Source of the DNA: Pavona decussata
Lineage: Eukaryota
Assembly: GCA_977016875.1 (NCBI GenBank)
Contig: CDRNST010000002.1
Span: 1,922,001-1,986,000, forward strand
DNA: 64,000 nucleotides
Reading direction: 5' to 3'
The notes beneath the pieces were generated by a model that saw only the letters and a program-made list of their open reading frames with translations, made no database searches and had not been told where the DNA came from. A program made the position numbers and the translations under genes. Below, one piece after another: positions 1-12,920 of the stretch. The first letter of the stretch is position 1, and each line of letters opens with the position of its first letter.

Positions 1-678
1 GCAGTAATGCTAAGGATGACAGCGAGCGAGAACAGTAACGTTTACTTACTCTGTCCAACAATCTTATCCGTATGCTATTTCTTCTTGTTTCTCTTGACTT
101 GTGCATCGTGCCTGAATATCACCGCCATTGCCGTTGATCGACTCCTCGCTGTTTCTCTCCATAGGCGATATCAAGAACTTGTTACTTCAAAACGTATCAT
201 TACAGGCGTGGCGTCTTTTTGGTTAGCAAGTGCTGTCGCTGCTACAATTTACGTTACACTTTCTGACACTAGTATCATGGTAATTGCCATTATGGAAGTA
301 TTTGTACTTCTTTTGACAACGGCAGCATATATTCGTATTTATAAAACTGTACGGTATCATCAGAATCAAATTCATTGCCAACTTCAACTGCCGGCCGATA
401 ATCAAGCCAGGGAGTTACTCAGACAAAAGAAGTCCGCCTTTAATGTTTTGTTCGTCTATGCTGTCTTCGTTGCCTGTTATCTTCCACATTTTTGTTCTTC
501 ATTGTTACGGATGGCTGATAAATCTAAAATTTCTTTTTTAGTAGCCACTCATGTTACAACTAACTTTATTCTCCTCAATTCTTCGTTAAACCCTCTCGTT
601 TACTGTTGGCGATATCGAGAAATTCGTGTCATTGTTAAAGGCACTGTGAAGAAAATATTTCGTATAACTGAAACATAA
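1..678 (+). CDS. Class A (rhodopsin-like) GPCR, intronless, 5' end outside the window
   Basis: Frame open from base 1. TM3 'LNITAIAVDRLLAV' (DRY-like), TM6 'FVACYLP', TM7 'NSSLNPLVYCWR' (NPxxY). Paralogous to 4707-5633. Confidence 0.93.
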   Translation, partial: AVMLRMTASENSNVYLLCPTILSVCYFFLFLLTCASCLNITAIAVDRLLAVSLHRRYQELVTSKRIITGVASFWLASAVAATIYVTLSDTSIMVIAIMEVFVLLLTTAAYIRIYKTVRYHQNQIHCQLQLPADNQARELLRQKKSAFNVLFVYAVFVACYLPHFCSSLLRMADKSKISFLVATHVTTNFILLNSSLNPLVYCWRYREIRVIVKGTVKKIFRITET

Positions 679-982
679 GAAAGAGAGACCTCTTATTTTT
701 TCTTCAACGAACTTCTAATCACCTTAGTGGCAATTACTGAATCTTCTTTAAAAAACACTGAGCTGGGGGAGAACGCACAACATAGTTTCTTGTAATCGTT
801 TGAATGCCTTCTATTTATTACTCCGTTTATGTTCAGCTTATGTAGAGCTAGACTTCGAAGCAACGCTTAACTGATGGAATGCATGAGCAGCCGGTACTCC
901 TCTTTTTGCGAACAGAAGATGTAGTGAATAACTGATAAATGAATAAGTGAGTAACTAGTTGATTTTTTGAAAACATACTTAG

Positions 983-1555
983 TGTTAAGAAATTGTCTAT
1001 CTTTCCCGGAACGTTCCAGGACATTCTACTGAACAATCTGGGATATTCTATGGAATATTCCAGAACATTTTAGAATTCTAAGTCATGGTTTACATAATTA
1101 TCTGTAAATAGCATACGCTGATGTAATATTACTGCAAATAGATTTTTAGAAGGTTCTAGAACCTTGTCACATGACTATATAAGTAAGTGAGTTTAGCATT
1201 TTGGAGAGAGAGTTTTTTTCCTGAGAGTGTAAACAGTGTCATTAAGTACGTTTACACTACAATACAATACAATACAATACAATTCAATACAACCTTTAAT
1301 GACACTCCCTGAAAAGGGCTTTTTAGTGACAACAATAATTAATCTACAACATTATTTAACCAAATTATCTATCCAAAAGGGTGCCAGAGCTGTGTGCAGA
1401 TTCAAGTATAAAGGCTGAGTACCAGAGCTGTGTGCTAAAGTCTGTGTGACGAGTATCTGTGAGCTGTGAAGACTTCTTGTGTTGGAGAGTAATCTCCTTG
1501 TTGCTGTTACCGATAATCATGTGTTCAGTCTACAAACAACCCGGTCCCTTCAACG
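983..1555 (+). mobile_element. Probable solo LTR with heat-shock elements and a TATA box
   Basis: Starts TGTT at 983 and ends near ...cccttcaac. Contains GAA/TTC arrays and TATATAAG at 1176; interrupted by a (TACAA)n-led insert from ~1257. No TSD confirmed. Confidence 0.45.
1004..1183 (+). promoter_or_regulatory. Heat-shock element cluster plus TATA box
   Basis: Perfect three-unit HSEs GAAtaTTCcaGAA (1053-1065) and GAAggTTCtaGAA (1149-1161), an imperfect array at ~1004-1028, and TATATAAG at 1176-1183. Confidence 0.6.
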
Positions 1556-3360
1556 AATCTCGTAAATCTAAGATAACATACCATAATCCCTTGCAGCTTT
1601 CGCAAGTGTCGGGAGTGAGAGCGGTCAGTTTACAGTCTACGAAGATGAGCTAGGCCCACCAACTGTTTGACTGCTGACAGGGCGGCTGCTAGACTATTTT
1701 GGTCTCCTCAATCGGAAAACTTCCAGAGAAAACGAGATTTCTTGAAATGTAGTCCGAAATTCCAAAACGGAATTTCCAAACGGATAATGTATGTTCCATT
1801 TGCTCGATTGTGCTAGGCCTTTCGGTTTTAATCTGTATCTGGGGAAACGAGATGTGGAACCCACGGAAATTTCCATTCGGGGTTTTGATGCCACACATTT
1901 AATGCAATATGTCGACTAAACGGTATTTCCGAATAAATGGTAAACAACCATACTCAAAATAAGAGAGGGCACGATCAGCCACAACAAAAAGTAGAAGTGT
2001 TCAGACTATACCTTCTACTCAAAACTCTCACAAACACAAAACAAATGTTACTAGAAATACGTGACTCGCAAAACCTCGCGAAGCTGGGGCTGGGTGGAAA
2101 GCCCTCTTTACACGTATTGTAGCATCAAACGAGGAGATTAAAAGGCGCATAAGAATTTTTTTTTTTTATGAGCATAATGTTTTCGTAGTTCCACGGGCTA
2201 GTTTGCGGTTGAAAATCTATTTCTGTCGCGACGTAATGTACAACGGGCGTGCAGCGCTGTCGTGTTCGATGAATTTATTTCCCACGGAAAATTATTTACT
2301 ACGGCCACAAAGCGTGTAATTTCTTTAATGCACTATTTCACAAAAAAAGATTTCTAAAAGAAAGGGAAAAGATTCTGGAGAGATAGTTCTGTATCCAGTG
2401 AATATTAATGAACATTGCAGTTGAAATTTGATCATGCACGCATATGTTTTTCGGTGTATGCAAATTTTGCTCCAGACAACGCCAGACAGTCTGACGTCAT
2501 TGTGCGGACACCTTCAAAGATATAAACATATATCAACATAAATATATATATAAATATATTTTTCGCTCGAATTCGCGCGGCTTAGCTCCGCTCGGGCCGG
2601 CTCGGCCCGACAAATTTATTAACCTCGCTTCGCGAGGAACAATTCTACGCGACATTGAACCCACTTTTCCTTGTGGAGAAGTTTGGTTGCATGCTTCCTG
2701 CTTCTAGGCCTCTCTCCTTTAGGTAGCAATAACCGGTCGTTTCCATCGAGCGCTGGAAATTAGTTTTCGTTTTCGTTTCACTTCTGTTTGAAATGAACTT
2801 TTCCTATTAAAGAAATAAATAATACATCGTAAAAAATGTCCAAAGTAGGTGATATTAACTATTTTTTCAAACAATTGAAAGCAAGTTTAAAGAAAATGAT
2901 AATCACGATTCGAGTGCGGCAGAGATGACAAGGATGTTTTATAAAACGGAAAAAAAGATAATGGTTCGATTAGGGGTTCAATCATCCCTTAGGGCTAAAT
3001 TAACTTTAGGGCTGAAACACATCTTTTGGCTTAGGCAGTGGAAATGAAAACCAAGACAAGGAAAAAACGCAGGCATGCCAGATTCCAGCATTTACATAAA
3101 TCCTCTTTCGTGCATGTACGCAAGAAAACGTACCTGTGTAAACCCTTCCGGTCCTACTACACACGTCACCCGGCGAGTTTGTTTACGCAGAATAACGTCA
3201 ACGTTCTTTGACATGCAGGGTATCACGTTCAAATGGGCCAAATACAACGAAGGTTTTGATATCACATTTATTCATAAAGCGGTATAAACTGAAAGGTGAA
3301 TCAAATGAGTTTCAAAATATATTGTAAAATGGTCTTGATAGTAGCAAGCAAGTCAAAAGT

Positions 3361-3680
3361 TTAAAGAAAACGACAAAACCTTTAAGTTTACAAAACATGT
3401 TTCGACAGAGACTTCTGTCATCTTCAGTTAGTTAATGTACAAAGCGTTGGAAGTTGCTTTTCATATTCAAAGAGAACAAACTTCCTTGAATCAACAATTA
3501 CACCATGTAAATCTAAAATTATCCTTATAATTCTCACATTGTCACGTTTCATGTTCATTTTCTTCATAATTAGCATTTTTGTTTACTTATTATAAATTCA
3601 ACTTACAACGCTTCTGAAGACGACAGAAGTCTCTGCCGAAACATGTTTTGTAAACGTAAAGGTTTTGTCGTTTTCATTAA
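3361..3680 (+). mobile_element. PLE remnant: GIY-YIG tail between inverted repeats carrying hammerhead cores
   Basis: 3361-3427 is the reverse complement of 3614-3680. 'AFHIQREQTSLNQQLHHVNLKLSL*' at 3456-3530. Core CTGAAGA-c-gacaga-agtc-tctgcc-GAAA. Confidence 0.75.
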
Positions 3681-4706
3681 ATATTTTAAAATGTTTTTAA
3701 AGTGTCATCGGTCCTACCCGAACCAGAGACTACCAAAATCCCCACAATTATCCGAACCCACGTCTTTTCTCGAACAGTACAAGGAAGCGTATTCTAAGCT
3801 TAAAATAATTACCTTTTACAGGAAGTTTTTACGTCAACTTAATTTCGCAAAGTGACAGTATTTTTAGCGGACATCCTTTTTCTCGAAACTTAGCATTTTC
3901 CAACAGGAACATCCAATTTTAGCGATTCACAAGGGGGGTGCATTAAATGTTCTTTTAACATAAAATGTTCAAAAGATAAGGAAGTTTAATTGGAGGGGAG
4001 AAATGCTCAGGTCTGCATGTATTTGAGAAAAGGTAAAGAAAACCAGTTATCAGCAGCAACATAGTTGCGTAATGTTTCACTTTGTCACCTTTCATTCCAT
4101 CTGCTGTTAGATTTTCTAATGGCCCAGAATTCCAGTTTCGGCTTCACATTAACTTACCCCCTACACTAGACTTTAGACTACAAAATAATAAAAATTTCTC
4201 ATGTTTGGTTATATGTAGGAGTTTTGCACGTTTGCAGGTGATGAAATCTAAATAAAAAATAAATTCCTATTACGTTTGCTTATAATTGAGTTCGTGAACG
4301 ATGTCGCAATTTCAGCAAACCCTAATATCTGAAATGCTTCGATTTATCAGGATACTGAACGTTTCTTTCGGTTAAGTAAAATCCAAATGTATATCGCTCG
4401 ACAGCAAGGTTGTTGTATGGATACTCAAGATTCAGAAACAACGACATAAAAAAAAGGTGATTAATCTATTTATAAGCCTTGTCGGAGTCGTTTTACATCA
4501 CAAAAACAAGCTGAGGGGAGGGAATTGATCGCAGTTCGAATTATCTTTATAATTTTTTTTTTTTTTTTTTTTTTGCCAAAACGCAATATAATTTAAAATG
4601 CTAATTCATACATGGCAAGTAGTGTTCGTCATATTAAAGGCAGCTGCGTTACTGGAGCTAGTCTCAACTATTCATCAAAGGGAAGATCCTAATTTTCAAC
4701 TTCACC

Positions 4707-5633
4707 ATGGTTGCCCAGTTTTGTAATCGTAGGTTGAATAGAGTAGCTCAACTTGTTACTGAACATTATGAAAGTTTCATGTTCACCTTTTCTGGATTAA
4801 ACGTGGTGTTCTCTGTCGTGGCAACTGTTGGAAATCTTCTAGTTATTCACGCCCTGTGGAAAGCCTCATCGATACCCACTAATTTAAGGAAATTGTTCCT
4901 GAGTCTCGCTATTTCAGATCTTGCCGTGGGGTTGTTTCCGCAGTTTATGTTTGGTGTGACAATTGCGGTGATGTTAAAGATGGCAGCGAATGGAAACTGC
5001 AATTTCGACTTCCTCTGTCCAGAAATTTTAAATGTGGGTTACTTTTCTTTGTTTCTCCTCTCCTCTGCATCGCTTCTGAACATAACTGCCATTGCTTTGG
5101 ATAGACATCTTGCTGTTTTTCTTCATCTGCGCTACCAAGAACTGGTCACTTCCAAACGTGTCAATGTTGCTTTGATGACTTTATGGTTAACAAGTGGTGT
5201 CGCTGCAACCATATTCATCTCACTTCCTAAAAACAATGGCATAGTAGCAGCCAGTGTCGAAATTGTTGGACTTCTATTGACAACCGTGGCATATTTTCGT
5301 ATTTACAAAGTTGTAAGATATCATCGAAATCAAATACAAAGCCAAGCTGAGCAGTTAAATGTCCAAGCAATGGAGCTAGTCCGAGAAAAGAAGTCCGCTT
5401 TTAATGCCTTCATTGTTTATGTCATTTTCATAGTCAGTTATCTTCCAAACTTGTGCTCACAAATGTTTTTCTTAACTAAACGTTTGCAAATTTCTTTTTT
5501 ATTGGCTGAGCACGTGACATTGTTCTTAGTTCTTCTCAATTCTTCATTAAACCCAGTTGTTTACTGTTGGCGATATCGCGAAATTCGTGAAATAATGCAA
5601 GGCTCCATTAAGAAAATATTTTGCGCCAATTAA
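4707..5633 (+). CDS. Class A GPCR, intronless, 308 aa (adenosine/melanocortin-receptor-like orphan)
   Basis: Seven hydrophobic segments. TM1 'GNLLV', TM2 'LAISDLAVG', TM3 'ALDRHLAV', TM6 'SYLP', TM7 'NSSLNPVVYCWR'. Confidence 0.96.
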   Translation: MVAQFCNRRLNRVAQLVTEHYESFMFTFSGLNVVFSVVATVGNLLVIHALWKASSIPTNLRKLFLSLAISDLAVGLFPQFMFGVTIAVMLKMAANGNCNFDFLCPEILNVGYFSLFLLSSASLLNITAIALDRHLAVFLHLRYQELVTSKRVNVALMTLWLTSGVAATIFISLPKNNGIVAASVEIVGLLLTTVAYFRIYKVVRYHRNQIQSQAEQLNVQAMELVREKKSAFNAFIVYVIFIVSYLPNLCSQMFFLTKRLQISFLLAEHVTLFLVLLNSSLNPVVYCWRYREIREIMQGSIKKIFCAN

Positions 5634-6049
5634 TCAAGTGGAACATGAAATGTGCCTTCTCCAGCCTTTGTAAACTGTTTATAAATATAAATCTAGGCAA
5701 GCCTAAAAGCGTAGCTCCACAATTACGTTTTAATGGCATTTATATAAGTCTGCTTATCATATGAACGTAACAACCTTACAGAATTCCTCATCCTTTCTGG
5801 AGTTATATTTCTTTTTAGTGCACAAGCAGCAAGCTGCTTGCCAAAAATAACAATTACAATGTTTATAACACTGACGACATAATTACAGGATGCCATTAAT
5901 CCTTTCACTGAGGGAAAAATAACTGGATGCTTATTAATCGAGGCAGAGCGCATTTTACTCTCACGTACTTGATGGTCGTCGTCCTATCATCACTTCATCC
6001 TTGTGATGAATTCCCTTACAAGTGCATAGTTCAAAAGCAGTTTTGTGTC

Positions 6050-7274
6050 CCAAAAAATTATTTACAATTTATAACTCAGTCAATGTTGCTTCTACTGAAA
6101 TCTAAATAAAGGTCAAGAAAGGAAGAACACAGGAAAATCACTCTTTTTTGCTTGGCAGAGATCTTTAAGAGCTCAATTAAAAGTTGTGTCTGTTTAAAAC
6201 TGCATGAGAGCCGTGCGGTGCGAACGAAACTGCCCCGAAACAAAACGTTCAAAAATTAGTTTCTCCACGAATATTTGTCCTATCGAAACGATAGAAGTAT
6301 ATTGTAAAGCTTGAAACACGTTAAATAAGTCAAAATTATTGATTGTTGCTAGGAAACGCATTAGACTAGTAAACGGCTTGCAAGCTGCCTAAATTGGTAG
6401 GAGTTGCGTTCAAGTAAACACAGAGAGAGAAAGAAAAAATCATCGTCGTTTGCTTATGTTCTCCACAAAACCCTGAATTAGGTCATTTCACGTTTTTGTT
6501 TTGCGGAGGACAGCAAAGAAATCTACCAAAATTTAAATTAAATTTAAAATGCACGTGCGGATTGTTTTTGTTCAATGTTAATTTGCAGTGTTGTCGCTGC
6601 CGTCGTCAACACTGCGATCGGAAAAAATGTTTGAAAAATCCTAATTCAGTCAATATTGCTCCTACTAAAATATTTCAGGCCTTTACAAAAACTTTAAGAC
6701 AGGAAAAATAACGCTTGGTTGTGGCCCGAAATATTAGAGCGTTTAAAACTTGTGCGTGTGTATACAGTCCAACAGTCCAATTGCATGGGAGCAGAGCGGC
6801 TTAAATCCTGTTAACTGCATTCCATGTACACGACTCCAAAACAGATCAGAATGAATGGTGGTATCGAAACGATTAAACTATCTGTGTAAAGCTTGAAACA
6901 CGTAACATAAAGAAAAAATTATCGATTGTTGCCTGGAAGAAAGCATTTCGTTTACAAATGATTTGTAAACGGCCGTCGAATTACAGGTATTAAGACATGA
7001 TAATATATTTTTTTTGCGAGAGCAAGTTAGTGGCCCGGAGAAAAATGTTTGGAAATTCAAAACCGTGTCAATTCTGCTCCTATAGTAATAATTCTAGTCT
7101 CTAAATAAACATTAAGAAAAGGAGAACGCGGGAAAATAGTCTTTGGTGTTTAATACAATTATTTCAGAGCTTTTAAACTTGTGTGTGTTTACAAAGACGT
7201 GAGAGCCGTGAAGTGCGAATGAAAAAAACACAGCCACGAAACAAAATGTTTAAAAAATTAATTTCTACACGAAT

Positions 7275-7325
<51 letters not shown>

Positions 7326-7600
7326 GAATTAAAAGATTAAAGTATCTGTGTAAAGCTAGAAACATGTTACAGAAAGAAATATTATCGATTGTTGCCCAAA
7401 AGAAAGCATTCGTTTACAATTGATTTGTAAACGGTCGTCGAATTACAAGTACCGTAATTTCTCGATTAAACGCCGGCTTCAAATAAACGCCGGATCCCTG
7501 AGGCCAAATTTTAAATAAACGCGTTTAAACGCGATAACAAGATAATATTTTTTCTCCTAGAATATCGGTGGTATTGATAGTGATTAAAGTGTCTGTGTAA
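6050..7600. repeat. Degenerate tandem array of about three ~0.5-kb units
   Basis: 'tgtaaagct(t/a)gaaaca..aattat(t/c)gattgttgc' recurs at ~6303, ~6885 and ~7349; 'gagagccgtg..gtgcgaa' recurs at ~6206 and ~7201. Confidence 0.6.
7277..7326. repeat. (GTT)n microsatellite
   Basis: Directly visible. Confidence 0.95.
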
Positions 7601-8857
7601 AGAAGAGTGATATAGGCAAATGTGGGCTTCTTTAAACTTACTTTTCGGGGCCAGCCTGCTCTTGCTATCCGTCGTTCTCTTTCGCGTTTAAGTGGCTTTA
7701 TCGTCTCCTGTCATGTCTTTTTACTGTTTTTCTCTTACTCGTTACATCAAGATATTTTCCCGCGTATTTGCATTGCATAATTACAATAATGTATTTTTTA
7801 CCCCCCACGAGGGGCGAAGGCTGGTAGATTCAGCCACGAAATTTTAAGTTGTTATTCTGCTATTTTGCTATCTTTATCGTAGCTGTTGAGATGTTTTCTT
7901 CGTTCTCGCTGCGGTGCACGAGAAATGTGTTTATTGTATAGGCTGAGTATTCCGTTCGACGAGTCGAACAACGTTTGAATGAGCCGATGAATTTAAAGGA
8001 GGAAATAACAACTGGAAATCGTTCTGTTCTCAGTTTATTTGCATTTCTTGGGTCGTCGATTACGCCACATCTCCGCTTTTTTGTTTTCTTTCTCTTTCTC
8101 TTCTTTTCACGTTTGTCCACATATCCAACGAATACATATAAATTGGCTTTGTATTTTGTGTTCTTTAGCATTTTTGTTGCTTTCCGTTAACGCAGATGGC
8201 CATGCAACTTCCCGCCGAACAAACACAGGCGCATTAGCATTGTGGGATTGCGTAGGGACGGACGATCGGACGGAAGTGACGTCAAAACCAAACCAAAATT
8301 TCTCGCATTCACGGGTTACCAAATTCTCTTAGCTATGGGGCTCCGCGTGCGGAGCTCCGCTATGAATATCCAATGGTATTAAAAGAAGTTGTGTTTCAGA
8401 GTAAGATTAGCAGTAGAATTTGGCGATGCTTAGCTTTAATTCATGTTAATTTGTGGTACCTGTTAACGAATTCTGTTGCAAAATGTTAATAACAAATGGT
8501 AAATTATAATATAATTTAGCGGGCCGTATTTCACTGTACGGCTTCCTTAATTCAACTAGTTTCCTTTCCCGTGCGCCCGATTAACCTGAGAGATATAATA
8601 AATATCCTACTAACATCGTTTTCTCGGTCCGTACTTAAATTAAGAATCCTCGTTTTTTCCCGTTTATTTATGGCCCGCACGCTTCACGCTTGGGCCATAA
8701 ATCAATGGGAAAAAACTCGGTCCGTAACTTACAGTACGAACCTCGAACTCGGTTGGTAAGTGGTATGTATTTCCGCACTACAGATGTCATTTAATAGTAA
8801 CTGCAGGTCTCTCATGCTCACAAAAAAAGCAAAGCAGCATGTCATACCTCTAAGGCC

Positions 8858-8998
8858 NNNNNNNNNNNNNNNNNNNNNNNNNNNNNNNNNNNNNNNNNNN
8901 NNNNNNNNNNNNNNNNNNNNNNNNNNNNNNNNNNNNNNNNNNNNNNNNNNNNNNNNNNNNNNNNNNNNNNNNNNNNNNNNNNNNNNNNNNNNNNNNNN
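8858..8998. other. Assembly gap
   Basis: Run of N. Confidence 1.
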
Positions 8999-9129
8999 AT
9001 ATCTGGACGAGCAACGCTTGTGGAATGCTAGTCACGCAGATTTTCTCCCTCTCGACCCCTTCCGAAAAAGCTAGACAGTATTTTATATGCACGAGAGCCG
9101 ATGAAGATAGGGACTACGACGCCAGAGCT

Positions 9130-9318
9130 TTAAAATATCATTGCTGACTGATTAACTTCGATTCCCCGGTCGTCTTTTGCCGTCTTCAGCTTGTGGACGG
9201 CCATTTCTTGCGTAACAGCGCAGTTTCTTTTGTTGCACCGCCAACGAAGACCGTAGACATCTCGATGGCGCAGGCAGATGGTCAGATTGTGTTTCGACTC
9301 ATCCTCACAGAATATCAA
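9130..9318 (-). pseudogene. Possible Cys/His-rich N-terminal fragment of a large DNA transposase
   Basis: 'LTICLRHRDVYGLRWRCNKRNC..HK..DRGI' resembles transposase N-termini from memory; no catalytic motifs present. Confidence 0.3.
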
Positions 9319-12120
9319 ATTCCATCAATGTAAAGACTTTTGTTCTTGGGCCATCGTAGCTTGATCAGAATTATCACCGCTGTTTGTATTCCATCAATGT
9401 AAGTTCAGTAAACTTAAGTTCATATGTTCAATCAACAACATATGGTAATCAATAACTTTACTAATTAACATGCGCGCGCGAGGATTAATTACATTTCACT
9501 GTCAGTTTTGTCGTCAGCAAACACCTTCCTGGCGTTGGGACTGGGATGACTAGATATGTCTTTTTGGCATTCACCCAAAGAAACGCAGGTTGCTGTAATA
9601 GCACGAACTCTGACCGGAACCGGACTCATCGTCTATCAAGGACGAAAATGGGCACGGAGCCATAAATGCAGCCGCAAATATATAGGCACTGCAAAATATG
9701 ACATCGCGGAAGACGAAATACAGTTTCTAGTATCGAGCAAACCACTCCAAACCAAGAACCGGTGTTTACCTACGCGCGTTGTTATTTATAACCATTTTGC
9801 GTCATTGTTTACAATTAGCAACCATGATATGCAAACAATCTTGGTTATTTTCTGGTGCTCTTCTATCCGGATCGGACTGAGAAGGGTGGACTATTGCTTG
9901 CATTAATTGGGATGGTTCATTAAATGTCTATTTTGCAGGCATAGGAAAGGTAAGTGTTCATTCAAATATATTATAGCCGTGTAGCTGTTGAAGATAATAT
10001 GGGCAGCCTTACACTAAAGTGAACGTATGATTTTCTCTACCGGCTCTGATATCTCAGTTCTGTTTATGGTATATAGTCTAGGACCTGCAAATCGAAAACA
10101 CAGATACCTTGTTCGTAAGCTTTTAGAATTCTCGTCTTCGCTTGTCCAGCTCAATGTAGTGACTGTCACGACATTTTATTGACAGTGAGGATGAGATGCA
10201 CCTTTGACAAACCTAGGATTTATAAAAACTGCAATTTTTGCACAACTTAATTGAACCAATGGTGTTTTTCACTCAAGTCGATTAGTAATTTAATGAAAAA
10301 TTATCGTCTGTGGGGGGTTTCAGATGCACTTTGATATGAAATATTTATTGATTTTGTTTCGTATTCTTCACGTTGTTGACGCTGGTGTACCGAGGAAAGC
10401 TGAAACCTCAACTTTTCATTTTTTCGTTTGCGATCGGTGATCACCTACTTGGAATGAAATTAATTTTTACCCAAGCTGGATTTTTTTATATTTTGCAGTA
10501 CATGTATAGAGCGTTCCTCGAGTATAATACTTGCTACAAATTTCGATGCACCAGGACACGATATTTGTCCGCAAAGTTTCCACAATTTCAAGTGTCAACA
10601 AAAATGCTGAAAATAGGAATCTTCGGACTTTGAAAACTGCATGTAAATAAGAATCTTCCAGCAATATTTCCATAAGACTGTATTTTCAGAAGGATGCTTA
10701 ACTTAACTTCAAAAGATCGTTTCAATTTGCTAAGCCGTCTTTCTTCCCGAGCGATTTGAAAATGCACCAATTCTCGTCAAAATTTAACGCCGGCTGCGAC
10801 GCGATCACGGCATTTCACATTATGCCGGAATTCTCGAAAACGAAAAATCTTTGGAAACTTTTATTGTTATTTTCGTAAATAGTTCTCTAAAGGGATTCTT
10901 CTGACAAAATATAAGGAAATCCGAAATTTCAGTTTTGACCGAGAGTTCTCGATATTCTCAGGCAGCCGCTCTTATGCATCATGTTCACGGCAAACGTGAG
11001 GTTCGCGTATATGTTTTCTTGAAAAAATGAGTACAAAATAATTCTGACTACTCAGCGAAACTGAAAACAGTGAGAATATGAACGATAAATATAGTCAGGT
11101 GGTCATCTCTGCCACCGAAACAAACGAATTAAATTATTCTCCTTGCGGTTTCAAGTCGCATATCATTGCTTACTACTGTTTTATCGACGCATTGCCGCAT
11201 TTAACATGTCGCTAGACAACACCATAGGGTTTTAATTTCCTTGAATCACATGACTCACCACATTTCGCAACGACTGACAGCATTTCGCAAGGACTGGAAA
11301 CGACTTCCTTTAAATTAACAACGCACTCCCAAACACTTTCTTACATATCAAAAAATATTACCTGCGACGTTTTTGAATATTACTACGCACCCATACCATG
11401 TAACAGTACGACAACTTAAACTTTGTCACGTTCGCGATCCATCGACAGATGCGGTAACTGGCTCAGACTTGCCCTACACTTAGCGCACGCGCACTAGAGC
11501 CCGATTGCACTTTTGACGGCTACGAAAAAAAACCTAGTTTAATACTTAGGTTCCACAGGACACCCAATTAATTAAACAAGAACTTACAAGCTCTATAACA
11601 AACAAACACCACAGTCAGTTACATTACACCTTTTTTATTTATCAAAAACATTGAGTTTGAATCAAGCCAACAGCAAGACCTTTATGACACCACTATCGCA
11701 CCAAACGATCAAACAATCGAATAAGCTCAACATGAGATTATTTTTTTTAAAAAATTGAGGCATTGATTTTCAACCAAACCAAGGCAGCTGTAACATACGG
11801 TAGAAACCATAACCACAAACCATCATGGAATTTTATAGCTACGTGAACTTGCCTAATTTTCACGATCCCCAAGTTTTGCCTTCATTTTGAGAGACTCGTC
11901 AACGTGAAGCGTTGCCGCATCCTATCTCGCACGGTGATTCTCAGGGGTGAAGCAAAAATCCCCTGACACTCGCAATACTTAAAGGATCCGATCAAGCGGA
12001 TTGCAGTTTTGGGATAAGTACATGAAAGTCTCTCAACCAAGAAATGAGCAAAATTTATTTTTGAAGTCCGAAAGGCCAGAACGTTTTAAAGGAGACTACC
12101 TCTCAAAAGTTACTTATTAC

Positions 12121-12460
12121 NNNNNNNNNNNNNNNNNNNNNNNNNNNNNNNNNNNNNNNNNNNNNNNNNNNNNNNNNNNNNNNNNNNNNNNNNNNNNNNN
12201 NNNNNNNNNNNNNNNNNNNNNNNNNNNNNNNNNNNNNNNNNNNNNNNNNNNNNNNNNNNNNNNNNNNNNNNNNNNNNNNNNNNNNNNNNNNNNNNNNNNN
12301 NNNNNNNNNNNNNNNNNNNNNNNNNNNNNNNNNNNNNNNNNNNNNNNNNNNNNNNNNNNNNNNNNNNNNNNNNNNNNNNNNNNNNNNNNNNNNNNNNNNN
12401 NNNNNNNNNNNNNNNNNNNNNNNNNNNNNNNNNNNNNNNNNNNNNNNNNNNNNNNNNNNN
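12121..12460. other. Assembly gap
   Basis: Run of N. Confidence 1.
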
Positions 12461-12920
12461 GTTAGGGCCAAACAGATGATAGCTCTTGTTTGAAGATGGA
12501 ATATTTCTTGCCTGTTTCATTCCAATTTTGCAAAGAAACAATTTCTTATCATTATTTCGAAGGTTATATTTATTTTCGTCTGAGGATTTGAAAAGCTTTT
12601 GCAGAAAGGTAGGCGCATGTTATCCTGAATTTTGTGCATCGTGAGAGCTTTGTGATTGAACGTCTATCACGTGGTATTAACCACTTTAGATTATGAAGGA
12701 TGTCATCGGATCTGCGGTCATACCCCTGTCTAATAATAATTCTAGAGGATTAGTTTTGTAACTTTTAAATTCTATCAACGAAAGTTACCGGCAAATTATC
12801 CCATTCAATATCAATAGTCAAACCATACTTGAACTAGTATCATATGAAAGCTAAGATAAATGTAATGTGATGTTTTCCTTTATACTTGTCATCATTATAA
12901 AACCAAGGGTAAAAAAAAGC

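Noticed and set aside
9823-9955. Possible signal-peptide exon ending at a strong AG|GTAAGT donor
   Set aside because: All three frames contain stops; it cannot be linked to the Ig exon from sequence alone.
12001-12541. ORFs spanning N-runs (also at 8760-9092 and 33798-34230)
   Set aside because: Artefacts of assembly gaps.
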